Made by a program: the position numbers and the translations under genes | Assembly: GCF_000284115.1 (NCBI RefSeq) | Contig: NC_017080.1 | Location: 150,001-182,000, forward strand | DNA: 32,000 nt | Direction of reading: 5' to 3' | Source: Phycisphaera mikurensis NBRC 102666 | GTDB taxonomy: Bacteria; Planctomycetota; Phycisphaerae; Phycisphaerales; Phycisphaeraceae | In this document: positions 8,716 to 16,179 of the stretch, piece after piece | Layout of the letters: every line of letters begins with the position of its first letter | How positions within the stretch are numbered: the first letter of the stretch is position 1 | The notes under the pieces: generated by a model | The model's input: only the letters and a program-made list of their open reading frames with translations | The model's database searches: none | Told to the model about the DNA's origin: nothing

Positions 8716-10188
8716 TCACTGCAGCAGCGAGAGCACGTTCTGCGCGCTCTGGTTCGCCAGGGCCAGCGTCGACGTGTTCGCCTGCTGCAGGATCTGCGCC
8801 CGCGTCAGGGCGGCGCTCTCCTCGGCGAAGTCCGCGTCGCGGATCGAGCTCTCGGCGGCGCTGAGGTTCTCCAGCGCCGCCTGCTGGCTCCGGGCCCCGG
8901 CGTCGAGCGTGTTCCGCTCGAAGGCGCCGAGCCGGCCGCGGAGCGTGGCGACCTGCTCGCTGGCGGCGTCGATGATGTCGGAGGCCTCGCGGGCCTTGCC
9001 CTCCACGAGCGAGTTGCCGCCGCCGGTGGCGATCGACGAGAGCACGCCCACCGTCGCGTTGCCCAGCCGCGAGGCGGCGATCGAGCCGATGCCGAAGCCG
9101 ACCTGCTGGAGCGAGTTCACCTCGGGGCCGACCTGGAAGAGCGCCCCGCCGCCGGTGATCGTGAACTCGGTCGTGTCGTTGAGGGTCGTGGCCGTGCCGC
9201 TGGTCAGCACCAGCTCGACGTCCAGCGTGGGCGTGGCGAGCGTGAGGCCGAGCCCCTTGCCCTCGGCGACGTTCCCGTTGACGGTGGCGAGCACGTCCTC
9301 GCCCCGGTCGCGGCCGAGCGCGGCGGCGACCGGCGCGCCGGGCGAGGAGAGCGTGACGAAGCTGTCCCCGCCGTCGAGCACGCTCACCGAGACGAACGCG
9401 TCGTCGCCGTAGCCGGTCGACTCGATGATCAGGCCGTCCTCGGGCGTGCCCGGGTTCTCGAGCCGGGCCGACACGCCGGTGGCGTCCCGCACCTGGTTGA
9501 TCGCGGTGGCGACGTCGGCCATGGACGTGCCCGAGATGAAGCTGAACGTGGTGCCCCCGACCGAGCCGGCGAGCTCGATCGTCACGCTCTCCTCCAGCCC
9601 GCCGGGGAAGGAGGCGTTGCCGCCGGAGAGGAACAGCGAGGCCTTCTCCGCCGGAGCGAGCACCGAAACCTCCAGCGGGATCGAGCTGTCGAGGCCGAAG
9701 TTGGCGGCCCGCACGAAGACGTCGTTCACTTTCGTCTGGTCGACGCCGCTGGTCACGAAGCCCAGCGTGCCGTCGAGCAGGTTCAGGCCCGCGAAGCTCG
9801 CGGTGTTGCTGATCCGCGTGATGCTCTGCACGGCCGAATCGATCTCCAGCTGGTTCGCCTCGATCTCCGCCGGGGAGAACGCGCCGGTATTGGCCGCCTG
9901 GATGGTGAGGGCCTTGATCGAGGTGAGCAGCGAGCTCACCTCCGCGAGAGCGCCCTCGGTGGTGGCGATCACGTTGCTGGCGCGCTCGGCGTTGTCGACG
10001 GCCTGGTCGGTGGCACGGATCTCCGAGCGGAGCCGCTCGCTGGCGATCAGGCCGGAGGGATCGTCGGAGCCGCGGTTGATCCGCAGGCCCGTGGAGAGGC
10101 GTTCGAGCCGGGTGTTCAGGTCGACGGTCGAGCGGTCGAGGTTGTTCCGGGCGACGAGCGACGAGACGTTGGTGTTGATGCGGGACAA
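8716..10188 (-). CDS. fliC: Flagellin
   Basis: 490 aa. The flagellin N-domain reads MSRINTNVSSLVARNNL...GLRINRGSDDPSGLIASERLRSEI. The C-domain reads LTRAQILQQANTSTLALANQSAQNVLSLLQ. The start codon is TTG (10188-10186), preceded by GGAGG. Confidence 0.93.
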   Translation of the reverse strand: MSRINTNVSSLVARNNLDRSTVDLNTRLERLSTGLRINRGSDDPSGLIASERLRSEIRATDQAVDNAERASNVIATTEGALAEVSSLLTSIKALTIQAANTGAFSPAEIEANQLEIDSAVQSITRISNTASFAGLNLLDGTLGFVTSGVDQTKVNDVFVRAANFGLDSSIPLEVSVLAPAEKASLFLSGGNASFPGGLEESVTIELAGSVGGTTFSFISGTSMADVATAINQVRDATGVSARLENPGTPEDGLIIESTGYGDDAFVSVSVLDGGDSFVTLSSPGAPVAAALGRDRGEDVLATVNGNVAEGKGLGLTLATPTLDVELVLTSGTATTLNDTTEFTITGGGALFQVGPEVNSLQQVGFGIGSIAASRLGNATVGVLSSIATGGGNSLVEGKAREASDIIDAASEQVATLRGRLGAFERNTLDAGARSQQAALENLSAAESSIRDADFAEESAALTRAQILQQANTSTLALANQSAQNVLSLLQ

Positions 10189-10195
10189 GCGGTGG

Positions 10196-10203
10196 CCTCC
10201 ATG
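10196..10203 (-). promoter_or_regulatory. Shine-Dalgarno GGAGG embedded in CATGGAGG (fits CsrA core CAnGGAnG), 7 nt upstream of the fliC TTG start
   Basis: The minus strand reads ...cactccggCATGGAGGccaccgcTTGtcccgc. csrA and fliW lie immediately upstream on the same strand. Confidence 0.55.
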
Positions 10204-10330
10204 CCGGAGTGAAGCCCCCTCTGGGGGAGCCGGAAGGTTGAGGAAGACGGGGGGCCGTCGGCCCCGGTGCGGGGCGGGCGCCGGCCCGCGTCAGGGGCGG
10301 GCGCCGCGACGGCGGGACTTGGAATGGGGA

Positions 10331-10585
10331 TCAGGCGGAGCGGGCCGCGGGCGGCGGAGCGGCCCCGGCGAGGCCGGGGTTCAGGCGGAGCCCCTCGAAG
10401 GCGATCGACGCCGAGGCGGCGTTCTCCTCCTGGATGGCTTCGTAGATCTCCTTGCGGTGGACCGACACGTCGCGCGGGGCGTGGATGCCGATGCGGACCT
10501 TGTCGGCGCGGACGTCGACGATGGTGATCTCGATGTCGTCACCGATCTTGATGACCTCGTCGCGTTGTCTGGATAGAACGAGCAT
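10331..10585 (-). CDS. csrA: Carbon storage regulator CsrA (flagellar type with C-terminal extension)
   Basis: 84 aa: [55 protein letters not shown], plus a ~25-aa tail. Confidence 0.93.
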   Translation of the reverse strand: MLVLSRQRDEVIKIGDDIEITIVDVRADKVRIGIHAPRDVSVHRKEIYEAIQEENAASASIAFEGLRLNPGLAGAAPPPAARSA

Positions 10586-10641
10586 GGCGGGGAAGGAAGG
10601 TTGGAAGGAGGAGGAGGAAAGCCGGCAAGGGGGGGGAAGGA
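10586..10641. repeat. Polypurine/polypyrimidine tract abutting the csrA start codon (9 GGA on plus strand, 9 UCC in the csrA leader; includes a G8/C8 run)
   Basis: The plus strand reads ggcggggaaggaaggttggaaggaggaggaggaaagccggcaaggggggggaagga. GGA was counted at 10591, 10595, 10603, 10607, 10610, 10613, 10616, 10635 and 10639. Confidence 0.85.
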
Positions 10642-10702
10642 TCAGCGGGTCTGGCTGAAGGTCTCCTTGGTCCCCCGGACGCGCTCACCTGCTGGCAGAG
10701 AC

Positions 10703-11209
10703 TCAGGAAGCCAACGCGGCCGGCTGGCCGATCGTCGTGACGACCGCGGCACGCTCACCGGGCTCCTCCGCCTTCAGGTTCAGGAGCGGCACGTGCGTGC
10801 CGAAGCGCTTGTCCGACAGCACGAACTGCTCGCCGACGCGCGTCGTCGTGTTGACCAGCAGCGGGCCCTGCAGGTTGCCGGTGAGCGTCTGGCCGCGCTT
10901 GTTCACGATCACCAGCACCTGCACGGCGGCCGCGGCGGCCCCGGCTTCCAGGCCGATGGCGGCGAGCTGGGCGCGGCCGACGGGCACCCGGAAGCCCGCG
11001 ACGTGCAGCGCCGGGTCGGTGACGACGAAGGCGAGGCCGCCGTCCTCGGTGCTCTGCAGCCACCAGAAGGGCTTGGGTTCGCCGGCGTGCGAGGCCTCCA
11101 GGAGGAGGAAGCGCGTGCGGCCGGGGAACCCGAGCAGCCCCCGGGGGAAGCGGATCTCCTCGGTGGGGTCGATGTGGAGTTCGCCGAAACGGGAGGTCGT
11201 GAGCGTCAT
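10703..11209 (-). CDS. fliW: Flagellar assembly factor FliW
   Basis: 168 aa. It reads FGELHIDPTEEIRFPRGLLGFPGRTRFLLLE...PFWWLQSTEDGGLAFVVTDP...TGNLQGPLLVNTTTRVGEQFVL, typical FliW, and lies directly upstream of csrA. Confidence 0.92.
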   Translation of the reverse strand: MTLTTSRFGELHIDPTEEIRFPRGLLGFPGRTRFLLLEASHAGEPKPFWWLQSTEDGGLAFVVTDPALHVAGFRVPVGRAQLAAIGLEAGAAAAAVQVLVIVNKRGQTLTGNLQGPLLVNTTTRVGEQFVLSDKRFGTHVPLLNLKAEEPGERAAVVTTIGQPAALAS

Positions 11210-11277
11210 GGGGTGCGTCCTGCGGGAGAGGGAGGGCGGCGCCGCTTCGGCGCGGCGCTGCGGAAGGTTTGGTGGGC

Positions 11278-13227
11278 TCAGCCCAGGTAGTCGAAGAGCG
11301 AGAGGCGCAGGCTCTGCGCGGTGGTCTGCATGGAGGCCTGCAGCTGGATCTGCAGCCGCTGGTAGCGGGAGATCACCTCGGCGAGGTCGGCGTCGGTGAG
11401 CTCGGAAAGCATCGCGGTCTCGGTCTCGGTGAGGTCAATCGCACGCTCTCTGGCGTCCTCGAGGCCCGCGGCCCGGACGGCCACGCCGGAGCGGGCGGCG
11501 ATGAGGCGATCGGTGTCGCCCTCCAGCCCCGTACCAGCAAGGCTGATGCCAGCGGTGTCGTCGGCCCGCAAAGAGGCGGCCAGCCCCGAGAGGTGCGTGA
11601 AGGCGTTGGCCACGTGGACCGTCGCGGTGTCTCCGCCGGCGAGGGTCCCGCCGGGTCCGGCCGAGGCTGTGGGTGGGAAGCCGAGGTGCTCGAGGGCGTG
11701 GCTCTGGTTGTCCCAGGCGACGGACATCGACGCGGGGCCCGCCGTGTTGTCCTGGAACACGAGGCCCGTGCCGGTGGCGGCGAGCGAGAGGTTGAAGTCG
11801 GCGGGCCCGACGCCCGCCGCGGCGGCCGCGGCGTTGGTGCGGCCGAGGACGTCCGACACGGTCGCCGCGCCCGTGAGGTCGACGCCGAAGGCGGTGCCGT
11901 CCGCGAGCGTGACCGTGAAGTCGTCGCCGTCGACCGCCACCACGCCCTCGCCGTGGCGGAAGGAGGACAGCGCCGTCGCGGCGCCGAAGGTCGTCAGACC
12001 CAGGTCGGCCGCGGTGCTGCCGCCGTTCTCGCCGAGCGAGAGCTCGAGGCCGGCGACCTCCTGGACGATCTCCAGCGATCGGCCGTCCGCGGTGACCTCC
12101 AGGCGGAGGCCCAGGCCCAAGCCCTCGATGGCGTTCTGCGCGTCCTGGACCGTCGTCGCCGCGGAGAGGTCGAGCACGGCCTCGGTGCCGCCCTGGTTCA
12201 CGAGGATGCCGCTGGCGAGGTCCAGCGGTCCGGGCAGCGCCGACAGCGGCGTCTCGGCGGTGAGCCGGGGCGCCGGATCGGCGCCCGCGGCGGTGCCGGC
12301 GGTGGCGGTGAGGCCGGCGACGCCGAGGTCGGCGGCGGCGAAGCCGCCGGCGGGATCGGTCAGCGTGATGGTCGGCCCGGCCGAGCCGAGCACGAGGCCG
12401 CCGGGGGTGACGGTGACCGAGCCGGCGCCGGGGGCGGCGGACTCGATCGCGGCGGTGAGCCGGGTTGCCGCGTCGCCGAGGGTGTCGGCGTCGGTGAGGT
12501 CGGCGACGGCCGCGGCCGCGCCGACCTGCACCCGGATCACGCCGCGCCGGATGCCCTCGCCGGCGCCGCCGCCGAGGTCGGCCAGCGCGGTCGCCGAGGA
12601 CGCGGCGGGCCCGAGGTCCACGCCGCCGCCGACGCGGGCGTCGAGCGCCCCGAACGCGTCGGCCCCGTTGCTGGTGAAGGCGACGAGACCCGGCTCGCCC
12701 ACCGGCGTCCGCAGGTCGTCGGCCGTGCCCGTGTAGCGGATCCCGCCGCGGAAGCTCTCGAACGCTTGGAGGCCGGCCCGCTCCCCGCCGCGGCCGGCGA
12801 AGGACGGCAGCGTGTTGAAGGCCCGGTTGGCCACCTGCTGCAAACCGGCGATCTGGCCGTCGACCACGGTCGCCTGCACCGCGCGGTTCTCCGGGTCGGA
12901 GGTGACGCCGACCTGTGCGAGCGCGAGGCTGTGCGCCTCGTTGAGCAGATCGGTCGCCTCGCCGAGCCCCTGCTCCGCGGTCAGCAGGTGGCGGGCCGCG
13001 GCGTCGAGGTTGCGTTGGTCCTGCTCCCGCGCGTCGATCCGCTCCCGCAGGTACAGCACCGACGACGCCCGCCCCGCCGCGTCGCTGGGCCGGTGGACCT
13101 TCTTGCCCGTGGCGATCTGCCGCTCCGCATCGGCGATCTCTGCCTGCGTCGACTGGATCGTCCGCAGGCTGCGCGCACCCGCGAGCAGGTTCGAGGAGCG
13201 GCCGAACTCGGTGGGAAAGGAGGACAT
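11278..13227 (-). CDS. flgL: Flagellar hook-associated protein 3 (FlgL), unusually long
   Basis: 649 aa. It has a flagellin-like N-terminus (ATGKKVHRPSDAAGRASSVLYLR) and C-terminus (VISRYQRLQIQLQASMQTTAQSLRLSLFDYLG). It is positioned after flgK. The Gly/Ala/Thr-rich centre has repeated segments resembling flagellin-hook IN motifs. Confidence 0.85.
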   Translation of the reverse strand: MSSFPTEFGRSSNLLAGARSLRTIQSTQAEIADAERQIATGKKVHRPSDAAGRASSVLYLRERIDAREQDQRNLDAAARHLLTAEQGLGEATDLLNEAHSLALAQVGVTSDPENRAVQATVVDGQIAGLQQVANRAFNTLPSFAGRGGERAGLQAFESFRGGIRYTGTADDLRTPVGEPGLVAFTSNGADAFGALDARVGGGVDLGPAASSATALADLGGGAGEGIRRGVIRVQVGAAAAVADLTDADTLGDAATRLTAAIESAAPGAGSVTVTPGGLVLGSAGPTITLTDPAGGFAAADLGVAGLTATAGTAAGADPAPRLTAETPLSALPGPLDLASGILVNQGGTEAVLDLSAATTVQDAQNAIEGLGLGLRLEVTADGRSLEIVQEVAGLELSLGENGGSTAADLGLTTFGAATALSSFRHGEGVVAVDGDDFTVTLADGTAFGVDLTGAATVSDVLGRTNAAAAAAGVGPADFNLSLAATGTGLVFQDNTAGPASMSVAWDNQSHALEHLGFPPTASAGPGGTLAGGDTATVHVANAFTHLSGLAASLRADDTAGISLAGTGLEGDTDRLIAARSGVAVRAAGLEDARERAIDLTETETAMLSELTDADLAEVISRYQRLQIQLQASMQTTAQSLRLSLFDYLG

Positions 13228-13375
13228 GGCGGGGAGCCCGTGGGGCCCGGGCGTTCGGGCGTGGGGCAGAGCGAGAACGTCGGGTCGGGGGGGTGCGTGG
13301 CCGGTCGCGGGCCTGCTGGCTTCTTCGGAGGGTCTGCTTCTGGGGGACGCACCCGCCCGAGACCGGGAGCGGCGC

Positions 13376-15106
13376 TTAGACGAGCCTCAAGAGCTCCTGC
13401 GTCAGCTCGTCCACCGTCGAGAGGAACCGGGCGCTCGCCTGGTAGCCGCGCTGGTACTGCAGGAGCGCGAGCGCTTCCTCGTCGCTGTTGACGCCCGAGA
13501 GCGCCTGCTGCTGGGCCTCGAGCGACTCGCGGACGGTGGCGGTGGAGGAGGCGTTGTCGCGGGCGCGCGACGTGGCGGCGGCGAGCGTTTCGACCTCGTT
13601 GGTCCAGGCCTGCCGGATGGAGCGGCCGCCCAGCCGGGCGCTGCCGCCGTCGGCGAGCGCGGCCACGGCGAGGGCCCCGCGGTTGTCGCCGGGGCGGTGG
13701 TCGCGGCCGACGGCGAGGCGCGACGGGTCGCCCACCACCGCCGCGTCGACGGCGAGGTCGGTGGCGTCGGTGCCCGAGAAGAAGGCGTTGATGCCCAGCG
13801 CCGCGAGCACGCCGGAGCTGTCTTCCCCGAAGCTCACCGCGGAGCCGGGCGTGTCGCCGGCGATCGTCAGGCGGCCGTCGGGGGAGACGGTGGCGGCGAG
13901 GCCATCGACCGCGTCGAGGCTCGCCGCCAGCGTGTTGAGCGTCGTGTCGTCGCCGCCGAGCCCGTCGAGGTCGACGGCCACGGTGGTGCGGGTCCGCTGG
14001 CCCGAGGCCGCGTCGCCGACGAAGACCGCGAAGGAGCCGTGGCTCGCGGCGAAGGCGCGGTCCGCGTCGGGCAGGTTGAGCGCGAGGTCCGCGTCGGCGA
14101 CGCGGTGGATCGCGGTCCAGCTCCGCTGCGCGACCAGGCCCTGGCTCGACGCGTGGGCCCGGTTCGTCTCGAACGCGATCGCTCCGGCGACGTCGTCGAG
14201 GTTCTCAATCGAGCGGCGGAGCTCCACCGTGCGGAAGTTCTGCAGCGCCCCCAGCGTGCCGCGCTGGCTCTCGATCGGCGTGCCGTCGGCCTCGATCGCC
14301 ACGTACGACTCGACCCGCGGCGGCGCGCCGTCCACGCCGGCGACCTCGCGCTCCGCCACGGTGAGCCCGCGCGATCGGCCGTCGAGCATCAACGCCTGGC
14401 TGCCCACGTGCACGTTCAGCTTGCCGGAGGCGTCCTCGGTGGAGGTGATCGGCAGCGTCTCGGCCAGCCGCGTGAGCAGCACGCCGCGGCGATCGCGGAG
14501 CGAGGCGGCCTCTCGGGCCCGGCCACGCCCGCCCTCGGCGGTGGCGATGCGGCCGTTGAGGTCCTCGATCTCGGCGAGCACGGCGTCGGCCTCGGCGACG
14601 GAGGCCCCGAGCTGATCCAGGCTCTGGTCCTCCAGCTCGGCGTAGGCGCCGCGCAGCTCGTTGAGAAAGCCGGCCAGCCCGCGGGCCTCCTCCACCACCA
14701 GCGACCGCAGCGCCGGGTCCTCGGGCCCGGTGGACAGCTGCGACCATGCGTCGAAGTAGCGGGTCAGCCGGTCGGAGAGGCCCGTGCCCGAGAGCTCGTT
14801 CTGCAGGCCTTCCACCTGTTCGAGCAGGCCGGCCGTCAGCGCCGCGCCGCCGGCATCGGTGCCCGCGAGCCGGAGCCGGCTCTCCAGCGCCGCATCGAGG
14901 ACGCGCTCGGCTCCGGCGAAGGCCACGCCGGTTCCCAGCACGTGGTCGCGGCCGAGGGCCACGTCCCGCCCCGGCTCCAGCCGCACCGCCCGGCGGTGGT
15001 GCCCGGGCGTGTTCACGTTGGCCAGGTTCTCCCCGGTCACCTCGATCGCCCGCTGGTGGGCGAGCAGGCCGGAGCGGCCGATCTGGAGGGCGGAGGAGAG
15101 CGACAT
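13376..15106 (-). CDS. flgK: Flagellar hook-associated protein 1 (FlgK)
   Basis: 576 aa. The N-terminus is MSLSSALQIGRSGLLAHQRAIEVTGENLANVNTPGHHRR. The C-terminus is EEALALLQYQRGYQASARFLSTVDELTQELLRLV. Confidence 0.9.
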   Translation of the reverse strand: MSLSSALQIGRSGLLAHQRAIEVTGENLANVNTPGHHRRAVRLEPGRDVALGRDHVLGTGVAFAGAERVLDAALESRLRLAGTDAGGAALTAGLLEQVEGLQNELSGTGLSDRLTRYFDAWSQLSTGPEDPALRSLVVEEARGLAGFLNELRGAYAELEDQSLDQLGASVAEADAVLAEIEDLNGRIATAEGGRGRAREAASLRDRRGVLLTRLAETLPITSTEDASGKLNVHVGSQALMLDGRSRGLTVAEREVAGVDGAPPRVESYVAIEADGTPIESQRGTLGALQNFRTVELRRSIENLDDVAGAIAFETNRAHASSQGLVAQRSWTAIHRVADADLALNLPDADRAFAASHGSFAVFVGDAASGQRTRTTVAVDLDGLGGDDTTLNTLAASLDAVDGLAATVSPDGRLTIAGDTPGSAVSFGEDSSGVLAALGINAFFSGTDATDLAVDAAVVGDPSRLAVGRDHRPGDNRGALAVAALADGGSARLGGRSIRQAWTNEVETLAAATSRARDNASSTATVRESLEAQQQALSGVNSDEEALALLQYQRGYQASARFLSTVDELTQELLRLV

Positions 15107-15290
15107 CGGCAGGAGGAAGAGGGAGCAGGCGGGGAGGAAGCGGCGAGCGATCGCGAGGAAGAAATCCAGGAGGAGGAGCGGGACCGAGGCTCTGGATCGT
15201 CGCGCCCGACCCTTTCTTGAACTCCCCTCTCGCTCGCTCCTGTCGGAGCCGAGGCGACGCTGCGAGCGCCGATCCTGCTCCGCGGCGCAC

Positions 15291-15797
15291 TCACGCCACC
15301 AACGACATCCGGCTCAGCGAAAGCCGTGCCGGGGCGTGGCGGCCGCTGGCGGCGTAGCGGGCGCCGGAGCTGCGCTGCTTCATGCGCCGGACCAGCCCGT
15401 CGACGTGCGCGGCGGCGGCGGCGGCGGCCCGCGCGGCCGAGGCTGCGCGGCGGCCGTTGGCCTCGGCGGCGTCGCGGAGGGCGGCCCGCGCGTCGAGCAG
15501 GCGGCGGCGCGGGACCGGCGCGAGGCCCTCGGCGATGGCGGCGAGGCCCGCGTCTTCGGAGAGGCCCAGAGCGGCGGCCAGCGTCGCCGTCTGCGTCCGC
15601 CGCTTCCGCTCCAGGGCGACGCCTTCGGCGAGCGCCGCCGCTTCGTCGCGGTCGGCGGCCGCCATGGCGTCGGCGTCGGCGCGGCGGAGCGCCGACGTCC
15701 GCGCCTCGATCAGGTCGATCAGCCGCTCCTGCACCCGCAGCGCGGCGGCGAGGCCGGCGATCAGGTCCTCGACCTCGCGGGGCGCGAAATCGCTCAA
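15291..15797 (-). CDS. FlgN-like flagellar export chaperone (putative)
   Basis: 168-aa helical Ala/Arg/Glu-rich ORF immediately upstream of flgK, the usual flgN position. Its start overlaps the stop of the preceding ORF by 4 nt. The assignment rests on position and composition rather than a strong motif. Confidence 0.5.
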   Translation of the reverse strand: MSDFAPREVEDLIAGLAAALRVQERLIDLIEARTSALRRADADAMAAADRDEAAALAEGVALERKRRTQTATLAAALGLSEDAGLAAIAEGLAPVPRRRLLDARAALRDAAEANGRRAASAARAAAAAAAHVDGLVRRMKQRSSGARYAASGRHAPARLSLSRMSLVA

Positions 15798-16150
15798 GGC
15801 TGCGGCCCCCGCTTGGCGGCGTCGGCGACGATGCGATCGACCACGGGGAAGCGGGCCCCGCGGACGACGGCGTCGGCCAGGTGCGTCTCGAGCTGCTGAG
15901 CCATCGCGTCCTGCCCGAAGCCGCCGCCGAAGAGGTCGCTCTTGAGGGCCCCGCCGCGGGCTTCGGCCATGAGCGGGAGCAGGAAGGCCGAGGCGACGAA
16001 ACGCTCGGCCGCGACGCGGGCCTCGTCCGCGGCCCTGGCTTCGGCTCGGTCGTGCGCGCCGCGGACCGCGGCGTCGAAAGCGTTCGGACGGCTCCGGTCC
16101 GCGGATCCGCCGGGCCGGTGCCCGCCGGCGGCGAAACCCGGGGAAGCCAT
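15794..16150 (-). CDS. Rod-binding protein (FlgJ N-terminal-domain-like, no muramidase domain)
   Basis: These are the last 118 codons (from ATG 16150) of track ORF 15794..17428. They read AAERFVASAFLLPLMAEARGGALKSDLFGGGFGQDAMAQQLETHLADAVV, matching the rod-binding domain pattern. The rest of that 544-aa track ORF overlaps flgI out of frame and is Arg/Pro/Gly-rich. Confidence 0.6.
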   Translation of the reverse strand: MASPGFAAGGHRPGGSADRSRPNAFDAAVRGAHDRAEARAADEARVAAERFVASAFLLPLMAEARGGALKSDLFGGGFGQDAMAQQLETHLADAVVRGARFPVVDRIVADAAKRGPQP

Positions 16151-16179
16151 CGCCGCGGAGACCGTCGGCGGGACGCCGC

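Noticed and set aside
10251-10265. GGGGCC-GTC-GGCCCC hairpin after the csrA stop as an intrinsic terminator
   Set aside because: It has only a 6-bp stem with a 3-nt loop and is followed on the mRNA strand by CCGUCUUCCUC, which is not a U-tract. This is insufficient to call a terminator, so it is noted only as a leader structure.
8122-15220. Very long plus-strand ORFs across the flagellar cluster (8122..10212, 11269..13491, 12812..15220, 9425..10576 and others)
   Set aside because: They lie antisense to flagellin, FlgL and FlgK, which have unmistakable terminal motifs. Their Arg/Gly/Ala/Asp-rich, low-complexity translations are characteristic of shadow frames.
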